From a virus: a DNA stretch of 64,000 nt. Made by a program: the position numbers and the translations under genes. Where the stretch lies: the IMG/VR virus record IMGVR_UViG_3300045988_129625, positions 1 to 64,000 of that record; one strand, 5' to 3'. Of the stretch, positions 34,538 to 44,000 are shown in pieces; the stretch's first letter is position 1, and every line of letters starts with the position of its first letter. The notes below the pieces were generated by a model. That model made no database searches. It was given only the letters and a program-made list of their open reading frames with translations, and had not been told where the DNA came from.

Positions 34538-35948
34538 ACTTAGACCTTACCAAAAAGAGGCAGTAGATGCCGGGCTTAAGTTTCTTACAGGAAGATCTAA
34601 GAAGCCTGGCATAATCGTAGCTCCATGCGGATGTGGAAAGAGCCTTCTGATATCCAAGATAGCACATGAAATAAATAGACCGACATTAGTATTACAGCCC
34701 TCAAAAGAGATTCTGGAGCAGAATTATGCAAAGGCCGTATCATTCGGTTCTAAACCTACTATATATTCTGCTTCATGTGGTATAAAGGAACTGTCGGCTA
34801 TGACTTATGCTACACTTAAAAGCATAAAGAAAGACGTAGCAAGGTTGAAAGATATAGGGATAGACACCTTATTGGTGGACGAATGCCACTCGGGGTATTC
34901 CCCGGAGGAAGGTTCTGAATTTATGGGGTTTATGAACGGGTTTCCAGAGGCGAAGGTGCTGGGCTTCACCGCCACTCCCTGCCGCCTCCGAACCTACAGT
35001 TCCATGCTGGAAGGGAACTATAGCAAGCTCAATATGCTGACGAAAGACGAGCATAACTTCTTCAAGAAAATAGTTCATGTGACTCAAATACAAGAACTAA
35101 CTTCTCAAGGGTTTTGGTGTCCACTTAAGTACGAACGATGGTCGTTTGATGAATCGGCTCTGATGTTAAACAGTACCGGAGCCGAATACACCAACGAATC
35201 TATTAAAGAAAGTATTGTACGAAACGGCTTAAACAACTCTATCTACAAGCGCCTTCTTCAACTTATGAACGAACGTAAAGCCATTTTGGTCTGTATGGAT
35301 TCTATCGAATCATGTAATAGAATATCAGAGTTTATGAATGCCAGGATGGGAGCCATAACTGGTGTCGTAACATCGCTAACAACCAAAAAGAAAAGAGAGC
35401 AAATCATATCAGATTTCAAAGAAGGCAAGTTGAAGGTGGTTTTTAATTATTCAACGCTTGCTACCGGATTTGATTTTCCCGAACTTGATTGTGTGATGTT
35501 TGGGCGCCCAACATTCTCATATTCAACATATTACCAGGTGCTCGGCAGGTGCGTTCGTATTCATCCTGACAAGAAAGAGGCACTGATAGTTGATTGCTGC
35601 GACAACATGAGGCGTTTCGGCCGGATAGAAGATTTAACGATCGAACAATTTCCTTCTAAGGGCTGGTGTATGTTTGCCGGTAATCAGCTTCTATCCAATA
35701 TAAGGATGGGGGATATTATTACCAAAGACGAGATCCTTCGTCGGGCAGCTTCTCTTAAATCTGTGAATGGAGATGGTAGGAGAGAAGACGATCTTGACAG
35801 CATAATAATGTGGTTTGGAAAATATGAAGGAATTAGATTCAAGGACATACCAGTGTCGTATTTTAGGTTCTTGGCTGAGAATATGGCAGTAAAACCAGGA
35901 GACAGGAAAGAAAAGATTATCGAATATTATAATAGAATAAAAGCATGA
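34527..35948 (+). CDS. SF2 DEAD/DEAH-box helicase (type III restriction Res-like)
   Basis: Motif I APCGCGKS, II LLVDECH, III GFTATP, VI YYQVLGRCVRI. Confidence 0.75.
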   Translation: MGFELRPYQKEAVDAGLKFLTGRSKKPGIIVAPCGCGKSLLISKIAHEINRPTLVLQPSKEILEQNYAKAVSFGSKPTIYSASCGIKELSAMTYATLKSIKKDVARLKDIGIDTLLVDECHSGYSPEEGSEFMGFMNGFPEAKVLGFTATPCRLRTYSSMLEGNYSKLNMLTKDEHNFFKKIVHVTQIQELTSQGFWCPLKYERWSFDESALMLNSTGAEYTNESIKESIVRNGLNNSIYKRLLQLMNERKAILVCMDSIESCNRISEFMNARMGAITGVVTSLTTKKKREQIISDFKEGKLKVVFNYSTLATGFDFPELDCVMFGRPTFSYSTYYQVLGRCVRIHPDKKEALIVDCCDNMRRFGRIEDLTIEQFPSKGWCMFAGNQLLSNIRMGDIITKDEILRRAASLKSVNGDGRREDDLDSIIMWFGKYEGIRFKDIPVSYFRFLAENMAVKPGDRKEKIIEYYNRIKA

Positions 35949-36307
35949 ACAGCAAAAGACGTAAGAAAATAGAGGATATTATTTCCAATTTGGAAAAGCA
36001 TAAAACAGATCTTGAGTTTATCAAATCAAAGCTGTCAGAGGTTAGGCATAATCTGGATTCAGCCAAGGATGATGTTGATATGATTTTAGACGAAGAGACG
36101 GAAGCAAGAGATAATATGCCGGAGTCGTTACAAGATACAGAAAGATATTATCAATCAGATGAGGCTGTAGCTAATATGGAGGCGGTTGTTGATGATATAG
36201 AAAGTATTGTAGGGGATTTAGAGAATGCGGTTTCAACCATTGATGATAAAATCAATGACATAGAAACTGGTATTATAGGGAATTTAGAGGCAGCCATAGG
36301 CGCATAA
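35945..36307 (+). CDS. hypothetical acidic coiled-coil protein (120 aa)
   Basis: ORF. Confidence 0.5.
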   Translation: MNSKRRKKIEDIISNLEKHKTDLEFIKSKLSEVRHNLDSAKDDVDMILDEETEARDNMPESLQDTERYYQSDEAVANMEAVVDDIESIVGDLENAVSTIDDKINDIETGIIGNLEAAIGA

Positions 36308-36355
36308 CGTAAAAATATAATCATAAAATTTAACACAATATATTTGTATAGATAT

Positions 36356-36390
36356 AATACGATACATATTCTTGTATCGTATTATTTTTT
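36356..36390 (+). terminator. intrinsic terminator
   Basis: AATACGATAC-atattctt-GTATCGTATT perfect 10-bp stem followed by ATTTTTT. Confidence 0.6.
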
Positions 36391-36404
36391 ATGTGTTATA
36401 TTTT

Positions 36405-37139
36405 ATGAAAACAAATGTTACAATGGTATCAAAAGACCGAGAATTATTTGGCGTAATAATTAAGCAGGACACTAAAACTTCGTTTATGTCCTTAACAGAC
36501 CTTCAGGAAGCCTATACGAAGAAGAGGGTTGAGATGGGGTGGAATGAAAAGAGAATAGAGAATATCCTATCTAATAAGGAGAGTGCGGAACGTGTTTACT
36601 ATATCCTTGAAAAACAAGGATATAAGATAGAATCAGGATTTCCTGGTTTTATACAATCTGTTGAAAAAGAGTCACTTATAAAAGTGATGAAAAAAATGGG
36701 AGCTTATAAGACAATGGGTAGAGGAGAGAATAGGAGAACTATGTGTAATCCATATATATGGGTGCTTGTAGCTATGGAACTAAACCCTATGTTGTATGCT
36801 GAGGTTGTTACGTGGTTAACAGATAAGCTTATCTTAAACCGAATAGAGGCAGGTGATAAATACAATGTCTTGTCAAGAGCTATATCAAGATTTCCGGATG
36901 CCGATTACTCCAAGATGGCTAAAGGCTTAAATTGGATTGTATTTAATGAGCATGAAAGCATGATAAGAAATAGGGCTACACAGGAGCAGTTGAAAGAACT
37001 TGAAACCCTACAGTCTAATCTTGCATTCTGCATAGAGATGGGAACCATCTCTTCTTTCTCTAATTTAATGAACATGATGAGATCTATATATGTAAAGAAA
37101 TGGGGAGAAGAGGCTGTAACTTCTAAAAACGTAAAATAA
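36405..37139 (+). CDS. KilA-N domain-like protein (start trimmed from TTG 36372, which lies inside the terminator)
   Basis: MKTNVTMVSKDRELFGVIIKQDTKTSFMSLTDLQEAY... Confidence 0.4.
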   Translation: MKTNVTMVSKDRELFGVIIKQDTKTSFMSLTDLQEAYTKKRVEMGWNEKRIENILSNKESAERVYYILEKQGYKIESGFPGFIQSVEKESLIKVMKKMGAYKTMGRGENRRTMCNPYIWVLVAMELNPMLYAEVVTWLTDKLILNRIEAGDKYNVLSRAISRFPDADYSKMAKGLNWIVFNEHESMIRNRATQEQLKELETLQSNLAFCIEMGTISSFSNLMNMMRSIYVKKWGEEAVTSKNVK

Positions 37140-37140
37140 T

Positions 37141-37428
37141 ATGGGAGTAAAAGAAATAAGAGAACTACTTAGACTCTACAATCTCGAACATAGTGTCGTC
37201 CAGAACAAAAACTCTGGGCGGTATTCTATTATTCTCCATAACAACATCATAGGAACGAACGTAGATGGAGAGAAGGTAGTTGTGTTCAGAACCATTCCGG
37301 ATGGAAGCAATACGTTCTCTATGGAGCGAAATAGATTCTATGAGGGGTTTGTAGAGGCTTTTGATGACGATAAGGCGATTGAAGCCGTAAGACAGTATTT
37401 TGAGAAAAACAGAAATGATAGGGTATAA
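37141..37428 (+). CDS. hypothetical protein (95 aa)
   Basis: ORF. Confidence 0.5.
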   Translation: MGVKEIRELLRLYNLEHSVVQNKNSGRYSIILHNNIIGTNVDGEKVVVFRTIPDGSNTFSMERNRFYEGFVEAFDDDKAIEAVRQYFEKNRNDRV

Positions 37429-37480
37429 GACGAAGATGGATTATATTACTATCGAAATGAGGTAAAACAACGATAAAGCA

Positions 37481-38038
37481 ATGGAGAAGATGGATGATAA
37501 TACTAAAAATATCCTTTATCCAAAAGGATCTATTTTTCGCATATTAAAAGATGATATAATCAGTGCCGAATTAGAAATAGCCAGAGGAGCTATAGTGGAG
37601 GCAGTATCAGACATAGAGGTAGATGATGAATATGCGGAGGTTTGTTGCAATGGGGAGACGTTCGTCATAGAAACGGATATTATGGATATTATTCTTACCA
37701 AAGACCCCATAGAAAACAAATCGGTGAAAAATGACATCATTGATGATAAACTACGATGGGATTTGCTTCCAATGGAAGAGATTGAGGACATTGTAAAAGT
37801 CTATCATGCCGGAGCCAAAAAGTACGATCCTAATACTTGGCAGAATCTTGACAACGGCTTTGAACGGTATCGAGCTGCAATGTTTCGACACCTGATGGAA
37901 TACATGAGAGGAGAAAAAGTGGATTCCGATACAGGATGTTTTCATCTTGCACAATGTGCATGGAATTGTATAGCTATGCTGTGGTATGATAAGCACGGGA
38001 AAGGATTAATACCATTAAATAAGGAGGAAAAGAAATGA
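37481..38038 (+). CDS. dATP/dGTP pyrophosphohydrolase-family (dGTP_diPhyd_N-like) protein
   Basis: GAKKYDPNTWQN..RYRAAMFRHLMEYMRGEKVDSDTGCFHLAQCAWNCIAMLWY matches KYG.NW...R..AAL.RHL..W..GE.D..SGL.HLAHAAWN..ALL. Confidence 0.55.
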   Translation: MEKMDDNTKNILYPKGSIFRILKDDIISAELEIARGAIVEAVSDIEVDDEYAEVCCNGETFVIETDIMDIILTKDPIENKSVKNDIIDDKLRWDLLPMEEIEDIVKVYHAGAKKYDPNTWQNLDNGFERYRAAMFRHLMEYMRGEKVDSDTGCFHLAQCAWNCIAMLWYDKHGKGLIPLNKEEKK

Positions 38039-38346
38039 CAATAGAACAACTAAATTATTTATTAAGAAAAGAGCTTTATGCTATAAAAAACCATAAAGAC
38101 AATATTGATAGAATCAAAAAAGAATATTTTGATTCCAATTATGGGTTAAAAGAAGGAGATAAGATCCGTATTTTACACGAAGCAGGAGATGAAATGATAG
38201 GCTTCTTGAAAAAAGTTGAAGTATGTGAAGACGGAGATCTGTACTTGACAATCCAAAAACAAAACGAAAAAGGCGACAGAGGCAGAGGAACATGGAATAT
38301 GTATCTATCATCAAAATCAATTAAAATAGAAAAATTATTAAATTAA
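38035..38346 (+). CDS. hypothetical protein (103 aa)
   Basis: ATGA overlap. Confidence 0.5.
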   Translation: MTIEQLNYLLRKELYAIKNHKDNIDRIKKEYFDSNYGLKEGDKIRILHEAGDEMIGFLKKVEVCEDGDLYLTIQKQNEKGDRGRGTWNMYLSSKSIKIEKLLN

Positions 38347-38353
38347 TAACGAT

Positions 38354-38896
38354 ATGATTAGAGCAAGATTTTACATTAAAAAATCCGACTGCGGTAATGA
38401 CTACCGTCCAGTCAAATGGCCTATAAAATATCCATATTGGTGTAGTGCAGAATCCAGTAATTCATTTGTATTGGTGGCGTATGCTGAAGATGAAGACAGC
38501 ATAAAAGAACTGTGGCCGGAGGCGTATGATATTAATGTCTTAGAGAAAGATACCGAAATTAGATTCACATTAAGATTTCCTAAGCCTAAATGGTATGAAT
38601 TGCAAGAAGAGAGATCAGAAGAGTATGGTAAATTATATGGTAAATTCGTATGGGTTACAGACATGTGTCTAAAAGATGGGAAAATAAGAAAGGTAAAAGC
38701 CAGAATAGAAGATTGTGGTGGTCTTTTATTAGCCGACACCCCTGGTCGTTACACCCCTTATCAGATAGGGGATTGTGCTTTTGAAAGCAAGGAAGAGGCT
38801 TTAAAACATGCAGAGGAACAGAGAACGAATTTAATTAAGTCTCTTAGGTTACAAATACATGAACTTGAAAATCTAAAATTCGAATGCGATGATTAA
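38354..38896 (+). CDS. hypothetical protein (180 aa)
   Basis: ORF. Confidence 0.55.
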   Translation: MIRARFYIKKSDCGNDYRPVKWPIKYPYWCSAESSNSFVLVAYAEDEDSIKELWPEAYDINVLEKDTEIRFTLRFPKPKWYELQEERSEEYGKLYGKFVWVTDMCLKDGKIRKVKARIEDCGGLLLADTPGRYTPYQIGDCAFESKEEALKHAEEQRTNLIKSLRLQIHELENLKFECDD

Positions 38897-39602
38897 CTAT
38901 GCAGCAAAAGCCAGAAAAGCTTATTTGATAAACAATTTCGATAAGATTCTTAACAGTCTCAACACGCTTCATTCAACGGTTGAGACCATGACGCTGTTCG
39001 TAAACGACCAGGCTTATAATTACATTCTTAAGCTAAAGGAAGTGATTAAGGGTGGTCCTATGTATAAGCACAATATCAAGCGTCTTTTAAATGATATGGA
39101 CAAAGAGATAAAGAGGTACAATGCTTCTATCTACTACATAAATAAAGAGCGTAGTGAGGTTATAGCTGATATAACACAAGCGATGGAGGATTGCCTCATG
39201 CCATACATAGACGACCTGGCCGGCGCTATAAGGGCAGCCGTGTGGTCGAAGGGCGTGTCCGAGGAGCGGACGGAAGCGGCGGTACTGTCCCTAATCGTAT
39301 CCTCCTTGGCTACGACATCAGGCAGACTTATTTCAGGTGGATATCAGATCATGAAAGAAATGGGTGGAGGCTGGGGTGGTAATCCATTTACGTTTATGAG
39401 CATTGATAAGATAAGACACTTATCTACATCATTATCTGATGCTATTACCGGTGGAGAAATAGCTCTTGAAGAAAAAGAAGCCAATGACATAACTAAGGCA
39501 ATGGATGTTTTTATTGAGAAAATGTCTGATTCGGATATTGTTGATAAGGTGATCAGCATACTTGAAGAGGCTGAATCTAAAAACAAGGAGGAAGTATCAT
39601 GA
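38889..39602 (+). CDS. hypothetical protein (237 aa)
   Basis: ORF; contains GC-rich patch 39190-39310. Confidence 0.55.
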   Translation: MINYAAKARKAYLINNFDKILNSLNTLHSTVETMTLFVNDQAYNYILKLKEVIKGGPMYKHNIKRLLNDMDKEIKRYNASIYYINKERSEVIADITQAMEDCLMPYIDDLAGAIRAAVWSKGVSEERTEAAVLSLIVSSLATTSGRLISGGYQIMKEMGGGWGGNPFTFMSIDKIRHLSTSLSDAITGGEIALEEKEANDITKAMDVFIEKMSDSDIVDKVISILEEAESKNKEEVS

Positions 39603-40081
39603 ATTTAAAACTCGTATGTCCTAAGTGTGGTGCCAAGCACAATCCCAACTCTGCACATTCAATGAATGCCTCGGATTTCATAGAAGGGGACATTAGGACC
39701 ATTATGGAAGAACGTGGGTGGTGCTTTCAGTGCGCCTGCTGGCAGAATATATACAACGTACACAAAGACAATCCAGGATGGGTTAGAATCGATGGCGTAA
39801 GCTGGATTATCAAACCTATGGCAGCGATCGTACCAGGTGGATGGAATGCTCTTGGATGCGGAGGGAGAAAGATGTATATTAACATCGAGGGAAAGGGTAT
39901 TGTTGTATCTAATAATACCTGGTGTCAGGGCTATGTTCCAAAAGTCTTTAAGGAACTGATGCCTGATAATGCCACTTGGGCTACGAAGGAGGAATTTGAC
40001 AAAGCTCCTGTAGTAGGATACGTTATAGAAGGTGTTGGTTTAGTTTTCACAGATAGGATAGGTCATGAAGTTAATGCTTAG
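39599..40081 (+). CDS. hypothetical Zn-ribbon protein (160 aa)
   Basis: CPKCGAK..CFQCAC. Confidence 0.55.
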   Translation: MNLKLVCPKCGAKHNPNSAHSMNASDFIEGDIRTIMEERGWCFQCACWQNIYNVHKDNPGWVRIDGVSWIIKPMAAIVPGGWNALGCGGRKMYINIEGKGIVVSNNTWCQGYVPKVFKELMPDNATWATKEEFDKAPVVGYVIEGVGLVFTDRIGHEVNA

Positions 40082-40125
40082 AAATTTATTTCATGTTCTG
40101 CTTATACAAGAAAAGATGGTGACTG

Positions 40126-40170
40126 CAACAATCCCCAACCATACAATAGGCGTACGGTTGGGGATTGTTG
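40126..40170. terminator. bidirectional terminator at the convergent module junction
   Basis: CAACAATCCCCAACC(40126-40140)/GGTTGGGGATTGTTG(40156-40170) perfect 15-bp inverted repeat, 15-nt loop, between + gene end 40081 and - gene end 40171. Confidence 0.7.
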
Positions 40171-40953
40171 TCATATCGTAAAATTAAGTGTTTTTTCTAA
40201 TATCAGATATTCAGTATGAACTTTACTTCCGCCATCATCTACCAAGTCCAAATTAATATAAGCTGTATATGATACATGATGATCACCAGGAGCAGGACGT
40301 TTCATTTCTGGTAAGAACATAGAATTTAAACCTTGGCCAGACCATGATTCTGGATATGGCAAAGGTGTAAAGTCGGCATCTGTACATCTTACAACCCAAG
40401 TAAGATTAGGATCTGCCCTAACTATTCTATCATGAGGTCCATCAATTACAAGATCTGGCATCTCATATTGGTAACTATCATAATTAAGGACAATAGGATC
40501 ACCAAAGTTTACACCGTATATAGCAGCAGGTGGAGTAAAGCTTGTTATTAAAAAAGTTCTATTAACCCTATTGGTTGTTCTTAGTGTAAACTCATCAGAT
40601 GCTATCACACTTACTCTAAATCCATAATAAGGAGAGGTTGTTAAAGCAATAGCAAGAACCACTGAATCCTGTTCAAGCAATTCCTCTGTCGTATCAACCT
40701 GACTATCGATCTCTTGCCTATCTTCCATTGGAACACCGCCTTGGACACTTATGGAATCCAGCCGTTCTTTTTTAGACAGAAAGATAAATTGCCCACCCTG
40801 TGGAATGGTGCCTACTTTCTTTCCTTCTACGATTACCCCCATCCCTATTTGAAATCTTCGTCTCATGATTTTTGTTTGCAAGATAGCAATAATTGACAAC
40901 ATAAAAGAAACCGGTTCTCTATCATCTCTGACTGAGAACCGGTAAGAAAACAA
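40171..40953 (-). CDS. hypothetical protein (260 aa), possibly structural
   Basis: ORF, first gene of the minus-strand module. Confidence 0.6.
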   Translation of the reverse strand: MFSYRFSVRDDREPVSFMLSIIAILQTKIMRRRFQIGMGVIVEGKKVGTIPQGGQFIFLSKKERLDSISVQGGVPMEDRQEIDSQVDTTEELLEQDSVVLAIALTTSPYYGFRVSVIASDEFTLRTTNRVNRTFLITSFTPPAAIYGVNFGDPIVLNYDSYQYEMPDLVIDGPHDRIVRADPNLTWVVRCTDADFTPLPYPESWSGQGLNSMFLPEMKRPAPGDHHVSYTAYINLDLVDDGGSKVHTEYLILEKTLNFTI

Positions 40954-41079
40954 TTTCAGAAAAAATTAAACCTACATAATCTTTCAAGTAAGAACAAAAA
41001 ACGTACAATCTACTCTTTGACGATGCTAATATAACATATTGGAATCATACAAAAACAATGCAAGTCCGATATTCTTCGT

Positions 41080-44000
41080 CTATTTGTAACTAACGTCATC
41101 GTCTCCTTCCGAATCAGGAGTAGCGCCGATGAAGAACATCATTGACTTGTTGTTTGTCTGCTGCCACCAATTATAGGCGCGCGCTACGTCTTCCGGCGTC
41201 TTGATATTATACCATTGTTTGATAAACGTCTGTTTGGCGAGTTGCCTAAATAACTTAAACTCTCCTTTGTATGTGCCGGATGTTACTTTATCAAGTGAGT
41301 AATTCCTAAGATCAGTAAGATCCTTCAACTTCCGCCCCATGACAAACGGGTCGTTAATGATATCTACAACGTTAAGCTCCATAATAAACGGCATCTGTGA
41401 AGCTATTTCGTTTATGGTTCTGAATCCGACATAGGATCCAAATTGAGTAAGCCAACTTTCTTCGTTTTCATCATCATCACGCCATCCGGCAAGAAGCATG
41501 GATACGGCTTGCATGATAAGGAACGTGCCGGCATAGACACTGAGACGTTTTATATTGGTTTTCTCTACCTCATTCATATTGTCTTTATTTTCGTTCCAGG
41601 CATCTATGATGTTTTTCATACCAGACTCGGAAGCTAAGCTAAATGTTTTGGCTATCATATTCTTTAACGTAATTGACAGTCCTTCCTCTTCTTGCATTGT
41701 CTGGAAATTGAAGCCACGTCTTTTCCACAGACGTTGAGCCGCCAGCACCAACCATCCTCGGTGGGCGGTCATGAACCTGGCTATCCAGTTGCGCGATGCG
41801 GCAGTTCGGTTTTCTTCATTCAAAGATCCGTTACATATCTGCGACAAGCTACGAACTTGATTTCTGGTTATAGCCATCTGGGTTTCAACTTCCTCAACAG
41901 TAACACCCGATCCTGGCTTTACAACCACCTTCCCATCCACGACGTCTACCATACTCCATAAAGTACGATCTTTTAATGCATTCCATTCTCTTTTTATGGT
42001 ACTCTGTTCTTTATTACGTTCTTTTTCCATCTTGAAATCTTGGAACGTGTAGAACCGGCCTTTGTAATAACGAACATTGTCCATAGTAGCAATCATAACC
42101 TGCGGATCAAGAGGGTAGTTCAGGATTTCCATAAAAGCATACATAGGCGAACGCATTAAGGTCCTGGCCGCTCTATTGTATCCGGCACCATACATACGAT
42201 TTCGGATATTGAATATCCCCATTCTCTCACCTATGACATATAATTTGCTTTTCCTATCTATGTCTCCGGTTTCTGCTATACAAGATGGCGCAAGACGTGA
42301 AAACTCAGCCGATGCGTATTTAAGGGAGTCTTTGCTTATATACTGTCCTACGGCAGATTCCATGATGAGGTTGATATGACCTGTCAGGGCGCCGGTAGCT
42401 GCCACAAACGGAGACAGTGCCAAGTTCATAACCGACATAAATCTTTCAACAGCCATCATAATTCTTGTAAGGTCTACCGTATATCCTCCGATGTTCACCG
42501 TAAGTTTTTTGGTGTTCATCCTAATGCCATAATAATGATCGTTGAAGAAGTCCCTGAACATCTGATATGCTTGGGTTGCTTCAGCCTTCTTACCGCCTTC
42601 AAATTGTTTATTCAGTAACATCTGCTCCAGTCCTTGGGCAAGCTCTATAGACTTCTGCTTTTCGTTATATAACGATGACTGCATCATAAGCATCGAATAA
42701 GAGTAGCCAAAATCGTGAGATACATCATCTTGGTTCTCCAACTCATATATGTAGTATTTAGGTATAGACCTAAGTCTGTCTTCCGGATCATATACTTCCC
42801 CTTGCCTGGTCTTACCATATAGAGAATCGTCTACTCTGTCCAGGCACAGATCTGATACAAAATTACGAACCGTATTTTTGAAGTTAATACCCAATCCTTC
42901 CATACGTTCTATGTCTTGTTTTGATATCTGTGGAATAGCATACAAATTGGGACTCTGCTCTTTGTATAGATCAAGGGATTGTCTTTTTATTTCCTTGAGT
43001 TTTTGAATCATATTCCACTGCTCTACGTTTTTAGTAGCAACTTCATTACCGTCAGCATCATACTTGATACCAAAGTCATTGAAATACGATTCATCACGAT
43101 ACAGGCTTTTCTTAGGCATGCGATGACCATACCCATGATCTTTTACATAATCAGGATTACGGCCGCTATTTTCGGCTTCAGATTCAGCCACCCATGCCCT
43201 TGCAGGATCGAAAGACAGGTACGATATGTCCATGCCATAATCTTGGGTGGATGTACCGTTTTGTACGTCCTTAACCATCTGCGCCACATCTATCTCACCT
43301 CGACCTATTTTGTCGATCATGGCCGCATATCCGGTAGGCGCCATGCGTTTATAGTACGAAAAGACCTGGCTCCTGGCAAATTCATTAACAATAGCATTGG
43401 TCTCTTCTATGCCCTCTTCTCTTGTATTATTTAAAAACAAGCTGGCCATCTTAGCATTAACAGCATTCCTGAAATCTCTACCGTCTAATTCTTTGCTTAT
43501 ACCAAGCTTTTCTGACAGGTAGTTGGTTTCAGATACGGTAAACAGATATCGGTTATCAGCAGCCTTAAACAGCTTATCCCTTAAAGCCTGAATCCTTTTT
43601 GCTTTCTTCGCCGTAGTATGACGTTGTACGAACTTCCATTCCACTTCCTTGGAGTCAGCAAGAGCATTTAAATAAGACTGATTTACTTCGTTTTCGGCCT
43701 TACTGCTTTTAGTAAGGTACTTATCAATATCTTCAAGACCCACCATCTTAGCATAATCTATTAAGATAGCGTAATCAGCTTCAATAGCTTCAGATGCGGC
43801 CCTAAAAGCATCTCTTTCAGATGAGGTAAATGTCGCTTCGTTAATTTCTCCGATATCAGCCACATCTCGGTTGTTTCCGATTATTTCCTTGATAATGGCC
43901 TTATTTTTTTCTATATCTTTCACAATCGAATCCACGTCAGTCGCATCTCTATCACTTGTCGTAGAACTAATGATATCATGCGCCATTTTAAGATACGAAG

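Noticed and set aside
36372-36404. ORF-track start (TTG) of the KilA-N gene at 36372
   Set aside because: It lies inside a perfect 10-bp-stem terminator with a U-run. The start was trimmed to ATG 36405.
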